This document shows, one piece after another, positions 47,437-57,223 of a DNA stretch of 64,000 nt. Source of the stretch: a plasmid; the sequence record NZ_CP033968.1, one strand, 5' to 3'. How positions within the stretch are numbered: position 1 is the stretch's first letter; each line of letters opens with the position of its first letter. The translations under genes and the position numbers were made by a program. The notes under the pieces were generated by a model. The model did no database searches. It had not been told where the DNA came from and saw only the letters and a program-made list of their open reading frames with translations.

Positions 47437-47961
47437 ATGGTGCGTAACCAACCCCCCGAGATCGACGATTTTGCAGTTGCCCTGACCGCGGCCCGAAAGG
47501 CGGTCGAGGAGACGGAAAACCTTATCCGAATCATTGATTCAACCCTCGAACGTATTGATTCCCTGATGTACGTGATGCAGCCGTTTCAGTCCGGCCGAAT
47601 TGGCATAAAGCGGGTGTTCAGTAACGGGAGATTGCGCTGGCAAGTGCGAATCTTTCGGCAGCTCCGTAGCCGCAAGTGGGTCTCCTCGTTTGCGAGCCAC
47701 AAGGGGTTGCGGCGCCGCGTGAAGCGTTCCCGGGAGTGGGAGGCAAACTACAAGTTCCTGCAGTTGCTCTGCGATCGAGTCACCCTGCTGTTTGAGTTGC
47801 GGTCGCAAGCGGTGGACCGGCTCTGGCGTTTCTCGCATGGATCGACCCGTTCCACCAGGGCCCGAGAGGCTGCGATAAGCGACACGGTCGCCCTAGTGGA
47901 CGGGCTGCTGGAGCGGATCGAGGCACGGTTCGAAGGCGATATGGAACTTGAGGACGAATAG
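47437..47961 (+). CDS. hypothetical basic protein (Arg-rich, possible DNA-binding)
   Basis: SD AAAGGACGCTTAATAC ATG; 174 aa; terminator-like hairpin at ~47975-48015. Confidence 0.45.
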   Translation: MVRNQPPEIDDFAVALTAARKAVEETENLIRIIDSTLERIDSLMYVMQPFQSGRIGIKRVFSNGRLRWQVRIFRQLRSRKWVSSFASHKGLRRRVKRSREWEANYKFLQLLCDRVTLLFELRSQAVDRLWRFSHGSTRSTRAREAAISDTVALVDGLLERIEARFEGDMELEDE

Positions 47962-48019
47962 GCTAAGCGGGATCAATGCCGACCAAGGCCCTGGTGCAGA
48001 GACTGTGCCGGGGCTTTTT

Positions 48020-49500
48020 CTTTATGGGTAGCGAGTGTCTCGGCCGGGCCGGATATTGGGCGAAGATTGGATTGAGGCGGACGTAGAGGAGATAGCTGCC
48101 AGGCGGAGGTCCTGTGGGGAGTCGGGATTTCTGCCACGCGGGGTATTGGGCGGAGGGAGTCCTGGGCTCTGTGCGATGGGAGACGGGACTGGCTCTGGCG
48201 GGATCTCGGGTTTGGCCTGTTCTGCGGCTTTGCGTAGTGCGCTGTTCTGCGGGCGGGTGGATGGGCTGGTTGTCTCACTCTGCCGACCGGTGGTCGTTCT
48301 CTCGCCTGCGCGGGTGTCCGCCTTGTTCCCTTGTTCTCTCTCTGTCCGATTGGGCGGCCGGTGGTCCTGTGCTTGTTGCGGTGGGGCGGGGAGGTAGCCG
48401 GCGATGGCTTGGTGCGGAGTGAGCTTGGGCGCGGAGTGAGAACTTCGGTTGGCGGTGGCTTGGGTTTGGTGTCCCTCGGCGGCCCGTGGTCCGCCGGAGG
48501 CTTTGGTGTCGCCGGCGCATCAGCGCGGGCCCCGTGAGGGGCTATGGTTCTGCCGACGGGATAACTATTTGTCCTGCCGGGGCTCGTTCTGGTGGTGTGC
48601 GGGCTGGGCTTGTGCGCCCTCCTGCGTCGGGGTTGTTGCGCCGCCGTGAGCATAACCATTTGTCCTCTTCCTTCCTTGTGTCGCCGCGGGATCTCGCTCC
48701 CTGTTCTTCCTGAGAGCCGGGTGCGCTGCTGCTGTCCTGCTGCCGGGGCGGGATTGGGCTGCTCCTTCTTGCCCGGTCATCTCTCACCGGAACTGTGGAT
48801 GGGATCGAATGGATCTAATGGATGAAGGGGAGGGGCGGCCGGTGTCGTTCTGCCGATGGCGTGTCGGGGAGCCGGGTGGATCTGTCGGCGGGGCGGAGGT
48901 CTTGGGCTGGGGTGGTTGTTCTGCTGGCGTGGGAATGGTGCTGGTGGTGGATGGTTGTGGCGCTGGGTGGCTGGTTCTGTCGGCGGGGGATCGGGTGGAG
49001 CGGCGTTGTGCTGGCGGGAGACTGATGGTGTTGGTTCTGAGAGTGGCGGCGGTGCGGTGGTGGTGTCAGGCGGAGTGAGAAGTTTCGCTGGCGATGGTGC
49101 GAGAGAAGTCGGGTATGAGCTCGGATCGAGTGGGGCTGGTGTATCGGCAGGCGATGGCGTGGGTGAAGTCGGGTATGGGCGGGGCGGGGGCGGGAGATTG
49201 GCTGGCGATGGCGTGTTGCGGTGTGGTTGTTGGGCAGGCGGTTGTTTTGGCCGTGTGGGGGAGGGCTGGCGTACCTGGTGCCGTAGCCGCCGGCGCCGTG
49301 GGGGCGACGCCCGGCGAAGCCGGGCTGGGGTGTTGCCCCGGGGTAAATGTTTGGCCGGAGGGCTTCTCTTGGGCGCTCCCCTGTGGGTAAATGGTTGCCC
49401 CTGCTACCGGGTTCTATGACCGGCGTCGGTGAGTAAATGCTTGGCCGTTGCTGTTTCGCTGGTCTGGGTGCGGTGTATGTTGGTGTTGCTCTACCCATGC
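48020..49500 (+). repeat. ~1.45 kb strongly A-depleted, G+T-rich, repeat-rich apparently non-coding block
   Basis: Sampled 60-nt window at 48241-48300: A 5%, T 32%, G 40%, C 23%. Short motifs recur (GGATATTGGGCG x2, GTTCTGCCGAyGG x3, ATAACyATTTGTCCT x2, ~35-bp GGCGATGGCGTGGGTGAAGTCGGGTATG x2). The many overlapping low-complexity ORFs on both strands are explained by the absence of stop-codon-forming bases. Confidence 0.5.
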
Positions 49501-49578
49501 GTAACACGTATGCATAATTTGCTTGATTGATCTAAGTACTGTGCGTATGATGGGTATAAATGGTTGGCCACATATGAA
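49343..49578 (+). repeat. Four copies of GTAAATGnTTGGCC-like motif flanking the TAACACGTATGCAT site upstream of gene 49589
   Basis: Copies at ~49343, 49387, 49433, 49564. Confidence 0.45.
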
Positions 49579-49588
49579 GGGGTATGAG

Positions 49589-49858
49589 ATGCGTACGAAG
49601 GTGAAGGTTGGTCTGATGATTGGAGGTGTCGTGCTGGTAGCAGCGGCGATCGTGCTGGCGCCCGTGCTGCGCGACCTGCCTTGGCTGAAGTGGACCCTGT
49701 ACGTGTGCGCTGCACTGATGCTGTCCCCGCTGTTCATGGGCGGTCTCGTGGACGTGCCCGCCACCACCCCGGAAGATCCGACCTTCGAAAAGAATCGCAT
49801 CGGCGATGCAAGGCAGGACGTCTGGGGGTTCAACGGCCAAGACAGCAACAACGACTAA
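49589..49858 (+). CDS. small membrane protein (2 TM)
   Basis: SD AAGGGGTATGAG ATG; 89 aa. Confidence 0.4.
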   Translation: MRTKVKVGLMIGGVVLVAAAIVLAPVLRDLPWLKWTLYVCAALMLSPLFMGGLVDVPATTPEDPTFEKNRIGDARQDVWGFNGQDSNND

Positions 49859-49893
49859 GCGCGGCGAAACTGGAAAGGATGAAAGGGGTCGAG

Positions 49894-51687
49894 ATGAGCA
49901 AGGCTACGCACGAACAACTTACCGCGATCAACAGCGCCGTCCGTCGCCTGGTGGTCCAGGCCTGCCCGGGTGCCGGCAAGACGTTCACCCTGAGGGAGTA
50001 CGCCCTGGTGCGTCCCTCGGAGCGCATCCTGTACCTCACCTACACGAAGTCTCTCCAGACTGAAGCCGAGGGCAAGTTCCCCCAGAACGTCGAATGCCGC
50101 ACCACTCACTCCCTTGCGTGGTCGTTCGGCCGTCGCTTCAAGGACGCCGGTAAGCTGGGCGACCTGCGCCCGAGCGACTTCGCCCGCGCCTTCGGCATCG
50201 AGATCGGCTTTGCCAGTATCCTGGTGACGACTGTCACGAGCTTTCTGTTCTCCGCGGATACCGACTTCGAGCCGCACCATGTGCCGGACACGATCGCCGA
50301 GGCAGATGTCGCTGAGACCCTGAAGTGGGGCCGGCTCGCTTGGGAGGCCATGCAGGATCTCGGCCGCAAGAACGTTCCCATGCCCCATGACGGCTATCTC
50401 AAGCTGTTCCAGCTTTCGAAGCCGGACCTGTCGCGTCGCTACGATCGCATCCTGTTCGACGAAGGCCAGGACGCCAACCCGGTCACGACCTCGATCGTTC
50501 TTGCCCAGAATTGCCCTGTGGTGATCGTCGGCGACCGGTATCAGGCGATCTTTGCCTTCCGGGGTGCCGTCAATGCCATGGACATGATCCAACCGGATGA
50601 AACGGTCTACCTCACCCAGAGCCATCGCTTCGGCCCTGGCATTGCCCGGCTGGCCACGATGCTCCTCTCCGCGTTCCGCGGCGAAGAGCGACCTGTGTAC
50701 AGTGCCTTCCCGGATCGGCCGACTGGCTACACGGTCGACGTTTCCAAGCCGTACGCGGTCATCGGCCGCACGAACGCCAAGCTGTTCGACAAGGCTGTCG
50801 CCATGCTGGGCAACAAGCGTCTGCACTTTGTCGGTGGGCTCAGTAATTACCCATTTGACAAGTTGGTGGACGTTTGGAACCTGATGAGCGGCCAGCCGGC
50901 CGCCGTCAAGGACCAGTTGCTCAAGACCTTTGGTTCGCTGGAGAAGCTCGAGGAGTACGCGACGGGCGTTGACGACAAGGAGATTCTCTCCCTGATCGGT
51001 GTGGTGAAGGAGTACCGCAGCGCGATCCCGTCGCTGGTCGAGAGGATCAAGGCGGAAGCAGTGGAACAAGCAGAGCACGCTGACGTTCTGCTCTCGACGG
51101 CCCATCGTGCGAAGGGTCTCGAATTCAGCCAGGTACTGCTGCTCGACGACTTTGAAGACTTCGTCACGGCCAATGGCGAGCTGCTGACTCTGGATACGCC
51201 CGAACTGGTCCAGGAACTGCACCTGCTGTTCGTGGCACTCACCCGAGCCGAGGACGTTATCGAGCTCAACGCCCAGATGCAGGACATCATCGCGATCCTA
51301 GGGGATCGCGTGCCTGAAGCTCAGCCAACCCCGGGCGAGAGGAGCACCGAACAAGTGGGGGAGCAGCTTGGCCAGATTCCGGGTTTTGATTACGTGCCGG
51401 TTGTGTATACGTGTGATGTAGCGGAAAATGTCACACGTGAACAAAAGGCACCGGTGGTCGCGCTGGCGCAAGTGCCGGTTGGTGCTGGCACTGACATTGA
51501 GAAATCGGTGGAGCTGGCGATCCTCCGGCAAGGCCTCCTCCACGTTCCGCGGCTGGCGCAAGAGGTTGGCGTGAGCCGCGAGGTGATGGCGGATGTCATC
51601 GTCGAGATGATCCGGAAGGGCCTGCTGGCCGAGTCGCTCTTCCTGGGTAGCCCGGAAGTAGTCAGCCGGCTGCGGGTGGCTGCGTGA
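49894..51687 (+). CDS. UvrD/REP superfamily I DNA helicase
   Basis: Walker A CPGAGKTFT, DEGQD, motif VI STAHRAKGLEFSQVLL; start at ATG 49894 (SD AAAGGGGTCGAG). Confidence 0.8.
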   Translation: MSKATHEQLTAINSAVRRLVVQACPGAGKTFTLREYALVRPSERILYLTYTKSLQTEAEGKFPQNVECRTTHSLAWSFGRRFKDAGKLGDLRPSDFARAFGIEIGFASILVTTVTSFLFSADTDFEPHHVPDTIAEADVAETLKWGRLAWEAMQDLGRKNVPMPHDGYLKLFQLSKPDLSRRYDRILFDEGQDANPVTTSIVLAQNCPVVIVGDRYQAIFAFRGAVNAMDMIQPDETVYLTQSHRFGPGIARLATMLLSAFRGEERPVYSAFPDRPTGYTVDVSKPYAVIGRTNAKLFDKAVAMLGNKRLHFVGGLSNYPFDKLVDVWNLMSGQPAAVKDQLLKTFGSLEKLEEYATGVDDKEILSLIGVVKEYRSAIPSLVERIKAEAVEQAEHADVLLSTAHRAKGLEFSQVLLLDDFEDFVTANGELLTLDTPELVQELHLLFVALTRAEDVIELNAQMQDIIAILGDRVPEAQPTPGERSTEQVGEQLGQIPGFDYVPVVYTCDVAENVTREQKAPVVALAQVPVGAGTDIEKSVELAILRQGLLHVPRLAQEVGVSREVMADVIVEMIRKGLLAESLFLGSPEVVSRLRVAA

Positions 51688-51808
51688 TGGTTTCCCAGGA
51701 GGGATGGCTGGTTGCGGCACCCGCGTGGCGTCGCCATAGCCGTCGGTGGCTCCTGAAGGTGGAACATCTCATGTCGTTGGATTGGTCAAGTTTCGGAGAA
51801 TTGGGACG

Positions 51809-52213
51809 ATGAAGAACAAGGTCCGAGCACTCACCGAGCAGCAGGCGAAAGAAGTCTGGGCGATTCTCGTGCGCTGCTGCGGCGCACGAGATGTCGTCAC
51901 GACGGCCGCAATCTTTGCGCGGCTCATGTCCGGTTGCACAGTCCCCATCCGATGGACGTTCGATAGCGCCAATGGCAGCGCGGTGTTCTGCGCTCCGGAG
52001 ATGCGTGTCATCCCACGGGTGTCCATTCCGACCGGCACCTGGGTGGCGATGCTCCTGCGGGCGAACGAAGAGCTCTCTTTCATCGTGCCCGCCGGCGCCG
52101 AGATCGACTGCCGCTCGCTGGCGGAGCTCGCTTCGTGTGACCGGACCCAGGCCGCGGCGTCACTGGACGCACAGGGGGCAGGGGCTCAAGCCACTGCGCG
52201 CGTCGCAATCTGA
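51809..52213 (+). CDS. hypothetical protein
   Basis: SD GGAGAATTGGGACG ATG; 134 aa. Confidence 0.4.
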   Translation: MKNKVRALTEQQAKEVWAILVRCCGARDVVTTAAIFARLMSGCTVPIRWTFDSANGSAVFCAPEMRVIPRVSIPTGTWVAMLLRANEELSFIVPAGAEIDCRSLAELASCDRTQAAASLDAQGAGAQATARVAI

Positions 52214-52215
52214 TT

Positions 52216-52230
52216 TTGACGTTTGGTCAA
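52216..52230. promoter_or_regulatory. Inverted repeat TTGAC-GTTTG-GTCAA upstream of gene 52244; a second copy (TCGACGTTTGGTCAA) at ~52791-52805 and a partial (TTGGTCAAG) at ~51785
   Basis: Seen directly ~20-30 nt upstream of three consecutive starts. Confidence 0.4.
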
Positions 52231-52243
52231 GAAACCAAGAATC

Positions 52244-52774
52244 ATGAGCTCCATTGAACTTCATACTCGCTGCGGCCTAAAGTGCGTTCGTCTCGGCGGC
52301 GGCTGGTACTTCAATCCGAAGGTCAGCACGCAGGGCTTCTGCTACGTCGGCGATTCGACGGCACCCGATACCGAGATCGGCCCCGGCAGTCGCTACTACG
52401 GTCCCGACGTATGGGAGTCCAAAGACGGACCCATGTACGGGCGTGAACTACTCAAGGTTCGCCCGGTGCACTGGGATGCATGGTTTGCCGGTCACCTCAA
52501 CGAAGCATATGGCGGCGATCGCCAGTACGACCGCATGAAGGCGTGGCCTGCGAAACTCGAGCTCACCGATGCCGGGCGCGACAAGGGGCTCCACGAACTG
52601 GATGGCCTGGTGGTGGGCAGCGAGGAAGAGTTCGTTGCTCGCCTGAAGTTCTTCGCCCAGGTGCCTGCCGTGGCAGTGCGCAAATCGGGTGTCACCGAAC
52701 AGAAGGGCGCTTTCCCGCGACCGAATCCAGTCGTGGCAGTCACGTCCGCTGCGTGGCTCGGCGCCCAGCTCTGA
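52244..52774 (+). CDS. hypothetical protein
   Basis: 176 aa. Confidence 0.45.
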   Translation: MSSIELHTRCGLKCVRLGGGWYFNPKVSTQGFCYVGDSTAPDTEIGPGSRYYGPDVWESKDGPMYGRELLKVRPVHWDAWFAGHLNEAYGGDRQYDRMKAWPAKLELTDAGRDKGLHELDGLVVGSEEEFVARLKFFAQVPAVAVRKSGVTEQKGAFPRPNPVVAVTSAAWLGAQL

Positions 52775-52831
52775 CGATGGCACATCTGGATTCGACGTTT
52801 GGTCAAGTCGGAACGGGTTTGGGGGGATTCG

Positions 52832-53395
52832 ATGGAAAGGCTTGATCACGAGCCATCGAGCCGCACGGCGCGGAAGGCGCAACGGCTGCTGTCATTGGGT
52901 TTGCCAAGCGACGAGACAGCAGGGCGCCGAGGTGAATCCCGGAGCGCGGCCTGGCCTGTCGAGCCGGACCCCGCCGCGATCGACCTCGCAAAGGGGATTC
53001 TCGGTGCCCGATTCGAGGCGGACCACAAAGACCTGAATGCCATGCAGCGGGCCGCGCGAGATGCAGGGCTCGCGTTCGAGCTCACGCTCTTCGGCCCGGA
53101 TGCAGCGGATGCGAGGTGCGTTGTCACGGAGGTGGCGGCATGGAACCTGCGCATAGCGCCGGCGGCGCGAATCCATCGACGGATTGGCGCCTTGTCGCGG
53201 AAGGTGAGCAGATCGGTCGCCGCATCGGTTGCTCGTGTAGACCCGACCACCCTGGGCGGCCGTGGGGCAGCCGGCCGTCAGCGCGATCACAGCCGCGCTG
53301 CAGAAGGCCGCGCCATCCTGCGCGGCCAGATCGCCCGGCTTGAGGCCGAACTCACTCGGCGAGCAGCTGAGTCGTCAGCGGACGACCAGCGATGA
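52832..53395 (+). CDS. hypothetical protein
   Basis: 187 aa from internal ATG. Confidence 0.4.
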   Translation: MERLDHEPSSRTARKAQRLLSLGLPSDETAGRRGESRSAAWPVEPDPAAIDLAKGILGARFEADHKDLNAMQRAARDAGLAFELTLFGPDAADARCVVTEVAAWNLRIAPAARIHRRIGALSRKVSRSVAASVARVDPTTLGGRGAAGRQRDHSRAAEGRAILRGQIARLEAELTRRAAESSADDQR

Positions 53396-53436
53396 TCGCC
53401 CGTATCCAATTCTGCGAGATCAACGGAGAACGAAGC

Positions 53437-54012
53437 ATGCCGCGCACCACCACCGAACGCCCACGCATCGACGCGCTGTACTTCGGCGAACGCCTGGAGC
53501 GCGTGCTGTCCGGCATCCACCGTTACACGCCGGCGGAGCTAGCCCGCGAGTTGACCCGCATGGCCATGGTCGCCGCTCCGGACATTGCCGTGAGGGAAAT
53601 CGAAGAGCGCCGCGCGTCGATCGGTAGCGCCGCAGCGGACGCTCCGCCGACAGAAGCTTGCAGCGAGGACGGCGTGGCCACGACCGAGGCCGCGTGTGCC
53701 GATCCGAACGGCACCGCGCTGCGCAAAGCTGTTCTTGCGGGTTTGGTCAAGCTGGGCCACGAAATCGACGATGACCGCGTCACCATCTACCGGGCAAAGG
53801 AGGATTCGGGCAACGCGCTTCACCAGGTAACCGAGGCGATCGTGAGTGCGGTGAGCGCCGTTCTCGCTCGAACGGATCTGGTATGCCGGCCGGCGTCCTA
53901 CGCAAGCCTGTTTGAAATGGACTTCGGCAATGCGGAGATCGTGGCGCTCTCCCGAGACGGGGAAAAGCAGGGCGCCGTACAGGCCGCGGCAGCCGTGGAG
54001 GCCGGACGATGA
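53437..54012 (+). CDS. hypothetical protein
   Basis: SD ACGGAGAACGAAGC ATG; 191 aa; stop overlaps next start. Confidence 0.45.
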   Translation: MPRTTTERPRIDALYFGERLERVLSGIHRYTPAELARELTRMAMVAAPDIAVREIEERRASIGSAAADAPPTEACSEDGVATTEAACADPNGTALRKAVLAGLVKLGHEIDDDRVTIYRAKEDSGNALHQVTEAIVSAVSAVLARTDLVCRPASYASLFEMDFGNAEIVALSRDGEKQGAVQAAAAVEAGR

Positions 54013-54803
54013 ACCACAATCTTTCGCCGAAGCCAGTGCCGGCGATTGCCGTTCTGAGATGGGCACGACAGGCCGGGGACCTGATTCGTCGCGGCTTCAT
54101 CGCCTGGGTGGCGCTGATGGCTGTGTTCTGCATCGCCGCCAGCCTGGTCCGGACATCCGTCGTGCTGGCCACCGTGTTGTCTTCAATGGCGTTCCTCTTT
54201 GGCATTCGCGTCGCTGCACTTGTTGACGACACATCGGAACGCACGATCGGTGAGATGGTGGGCGTGGTAATGGGCGGGTTTGGCGTGACACTGCGCTACG
54301 CGGGTGTTGTCGTACTCACGGTGGCCGTACTGAACGCGCTGCCGGCGCTGCTGCTCGGCAACATCACGGCCGCCTTGCGTCCATTCCACAACCCGGGCCT
54401 GCAGTCGATCTGGAGCGCCACCGACACGTTCACCGCGATCAACGAAATGTTCGTTCTGCCGATCGCAGGAATGCTGATGTTCCTGTGCTGCTTCATCATG
54501 CCGCTCGTGGCGTCGACCTTCCAGTACCACCTGATCAGCTTCTTTGGCGTCAACTGGCGTCAGGCGTACCGAACCGGTCGAGCGGGGCTGCCGCGCATGA
54601 ACATCGGCGCCATCTTTGGCTTCTACCTGGTTGCCTTTGGACTTCTCGCCCTGACGGTCGCGTTCGCGCCGATCGCGGCGCCGGTAGTCTTCGCTTTCCT
54701 TTCCGCCTTCTCGTACGTCGCGTTCCGAGAGATCTATCTCGGAATCGGCACGAATCGGAAGGTCGCCCTGGCCGAGTTGCGTGCCGCGGCTTCCTTTACC
54801 TAA
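54009..54803 (+). CDS. integral membrane protein (6-7 TM)
   Basis: 264 aa, multiple long hydrophobic helices. Confidence 0.55.
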   Translation: MNHNLSPKPVPAIAVLRWARQAGDLIRRGFIAWVALMAVFCIAASLVRTSVVLATVLSSMAFLFGIRVAALVDDTSERTIGEMVGVVMGGFGVTLRYAGVVVLTVAVLNALPALLLGNITAALRPFHNPGLQSIWSATDTFTAINEMFVLPIAGMLMFLCCFIMPLVASTFQYHLISFFGVNWRQAYRTGRAGLPRMNIGAIFGFYLVAFGLLALTVAFAPIAAPVVFAFLSAFSYVAFREIYLGIGTNRKVALAELRAAASFT

Positions 54804-54819
54804 CAAACAGGAGATCCTC

Positions 54820-55047
54820 ATGCATGCAGGACAAGTCAGTATGTCCAACGGAGTCACCATCGACGTGGTGCAACAGGAAACCGGTGCCGTTTTGCTCGAG
54901 TTCGGACGAGCAGGGAACTACACGGGTTTGCTGATGGCGGGCAATACCCGTGACGAGGTCCTCGCCAAGCTGGGTGAGCTCACTGCCTTGGTCGCCGCTC
55001 TGCCGCAGACGGCGCAGGCGGAAGAGCCCGCTCTGGCCGGTGCCTGA
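54820..55047 (+). CDS. small hypothetical protein
   Basis: SD CAGGAGATCCTC ATG; 75 aa. Confidence 0.4.
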   Translation: MHAGQVSMSNGVTIDVVQQETGAVLLEFGRAGNYTGLLMAGNTRDEVLAKLGELTALVAALPQTAQAEEPALAGA

Positions 55048-55100
55048 CGGCGGCCGGTCAACCACCAGAATCCAGAAGAGACCGCGCAAGGGAGCGGGCC

Positions 55101-55469
55101 ATGGCCAAAGACGATTTCATCCGCATCAAGTACACCCGCGAAGTCGACGGGCGCAAGAAGCGCAGCTCGGTTTCCGTGGACCCAGACCTCTTCGAGATCT
55201 TTGCGAAGATCCGCGGCACTGTTCCGGCAGCTCGCGCAGTGCTGCGTGAATGGGCGGTTGCGGTCGACGCGGACCGCCAGTGGCAGGATGGCCTGGGTGT
55301 CGATGGCGGCATCGGCCTTTCTCGCATGGTGCAGAGGCGGATGTTCTCCGAGATCAACACGTTCGTCGACAAGGGCATGGTGGTGATCCAGAAGGAGGAT
55401 GCGGATCTGCATCCGAACGCCCCGCGTCCGACAAGGAGCGCGGCCCGCCGGCGGAGTGTCTCAGCCTGA
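55101..55469 (+). CDS. hypothetical protein (basic C-terminal tail)
   Basis: SD AAGGGAGCGGGCC ATG; 122 aa. Confidence 0.45.
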   Translation: MAKDDFIRIKYTREVDGRKKRSSVSVDPDLFEIFAKIRGTVPAARAVLREWAVAVDADRQWQDGLGVDGGIGLSRMVQRRMFSEINTFVDKGMVVIQKEDADLHPNAPRPTRSAARRRSVSA

Positions 55470-55549
55470 GTGAAGCTTATCGGCTTGACAACATTTACCA
55501 CTCACGTATTATACATACGTGTTATTAATCTATTTTCAGGATTGCGGCG

Positions 55550-55777
55550 ATGAGTGCAGAGTCGGGACGTTCGAAGTTCCCCCAGTTCGTTACCAAGGAA
55601 GCTGAGCTTCGCCACAGGGAAGAAGCCTGCATCGCCAGGATCGAGAGCCTGCAACGCAAGCTTGCTGAAGGCAGTGTCATTCCGGTACCGGAGCTGCGCT
55701 CGGATCTGGCTACTGCGAAGCGGGAGTTGGCCGAGGTACGTGCGAGCATGGCGGAAGAGGGCATTGCGGCCCTGTAA
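55550..55777 (+). CDS. small coiled-coil protein
   Basis: 75 aa. Confidence 0.35.
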   Translation: MSAESGRSKFPQFVTKEAELRHREEACIARIESLQRKLAEGSVIPVPELRSDLATAKRELAEVRASMAEEGIAAL

Positions 55778-55932
55778 TGCGAGACCTCGAGAGCAATCAA
55801 CCATGAAAAAGTACGCCATGGAGTTCTATCGCCGAAACTCGGTTGTGCTGCTCGCGTTGGCGGTAACCGTGGCAAGCGTTGTATTGACTATCGGTGCTGC
55901 GCATCTGGTCCACACATTCATCCTGACGTGAC

Positions 55933-56331
55933 ATGAAACCGCAAGAACTGGCAAAAAATCCGGCAGGACAAGACCAAATTGCACGAGCGCGGGAGCTTTG
56001 CGATGGATCTCTAGCATTGACCGCACGGTTGTCTGCGCTACTGAGGACGAAACCGACACGAGGGCAGATGCTCGACTTTCTCGAAGAGTTGAACAAGTCG
56101 GCAAAACAAACGGCGTACGAGGAAGGCATCAAGCGCATCTGTGAGGCGGTCGGCATCCTGGAGCCGTCTCCACAAGACAGGCTCATGGCTATGCAAGTAG
56201 GCATGCTTCGCGAGCAGAACGAGTTACTGCATCACATTGCAACCGGCGTTGGCGCGATTCCGAAAGACAAGCCACTTAGCTTCACCGGTGCGGTAGGCGC
56301 GGCGATTGTTGGCACCCTGCTCACACGCTGA
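55933..56331 (+). CDS. hypothetical protein
   Basis: 132 aa. Confidence 0.45.
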   Translation: MKPQELAKNPAGQDQIARARELCDGSLALTARLSALLRTKPTRGQMLDFLEELNKSAKQTAYEEGIKRICEAVGILEPSPQDRLMAMQVGMLREQNELLHHIATGVGAIPKDKPLSFTGAVGAAIVGTLLTR

Positions 56332-56516
56332 GCCGTGCTCCGTCTGGAATTCTCCTCTCCTTGATAGTGCTCGGCAGCCGCTGAAATGCATGCTGCTAAA
56401 CAAGGGAAAAGACGGAAGAGTAGGTCGCTGCAAGGTTGCGGTGCGTGGCCCGCGTGAGGCAAACCAACAACGACTGTAGTCCAAGTACACACAATCGACA
56501 CGTAAGGAATCGCGCA

Positions 56517-56723
56517 ATGGCAACGCACATCGACAACGACACTGCTGACCTCATCAATACTGTCGTGGACTTCGCGGCACAGTCGCGCAAGCAGTATGCG
56601 GACAGCAAGGAATGGACGACGACCGATTCGCATGGATGTGAAACCATCCGTGTTCCTGTGGCCCTGCTGAACCGCATTCGCGACCTCGGCATCGCCATCC
56701 AAAGCGCAACCTCTCACGCCTAA
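56517..56723 (+). CDS. small hypothetical protein
   Basis: SD AAGGAATCGCGCA ATG; 68 aa. Confidence 0.35.
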   Translation: MATHIDNDTADLINTVVDFAAQSRKQYADSKEWTTTDSHGCETIRVPVALLNRIRDLGIAIQSATSHA

Positions 56724-56741
56724 CCATCTGAGTGGCAGAAG

Positions 56742-57173
56742 ATGACCATCGAGATCAACATTTTTGGCGACCCGCCGACGCAGTCGGAGATTGACGGGAA
56801 CCTCCGTGCAGACAGGAGGAGCCTTACGACCGGAGAGAAGATAGCACTTGGCCCAGGCGTACTAGGCCTTGAGGTTCTGGTCGGTGCGGCCGTCGACGCA
56901 TTCAATGGTGAGTCCAACCGCATCACCGGGAAGAGCTCTCCGTGGGAAGCCGCTCCGGGCGCCATTGACTGGGACTGGTCCAGATCGATCTTTGCGGAAA
57001 GCTACGCAAACAAAGTGCGTGCCATGAAGCGCGATCTGGTGCGATGTGAAGTGACAGCATTGACGCGCCAGTTCAACCTGGAGCAAAAGGCGATCTCTGC
57101 TGTGAAGGAAGCCGGGGCGGTCGCGGGAAGCATTGCTGATACGATTCTATCCAGCGTCGTCGGCAAGAAGTGA
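56742..57173 (+). CDS. hypothetical protein
   Basis: 143 aa. Confidence 0.45.
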   Translation: MTIEINIFGDPPTQSEIDGNLRADRRSLTTGEKIALGPGVLGLEVLVGAAVDAFNGESNRITGKSSPWEAAPGAIDWDWSRSIFAESYANKVRAMKRDLVRCEVTALTRQFNLEQKAISAVKEAGAVAGSIADTILSSVVGKK

Positions 57174-57223
57174 TCACCAGGGGCGGCGCTTAGGCTGAGG
57201 GTCTCACCGGAGGGTGCTCAAGC

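Noticed and set aside
47973-49507. Long Pro/His/Arg-rich (minus) and Gly/Trp-rich (plus) ORFs of 180-230 aa
   Set aside because: The region is about 5% A on the top strand, so stop codons cannot form in any frame. ORF length is a compositional artefact; no RBS.
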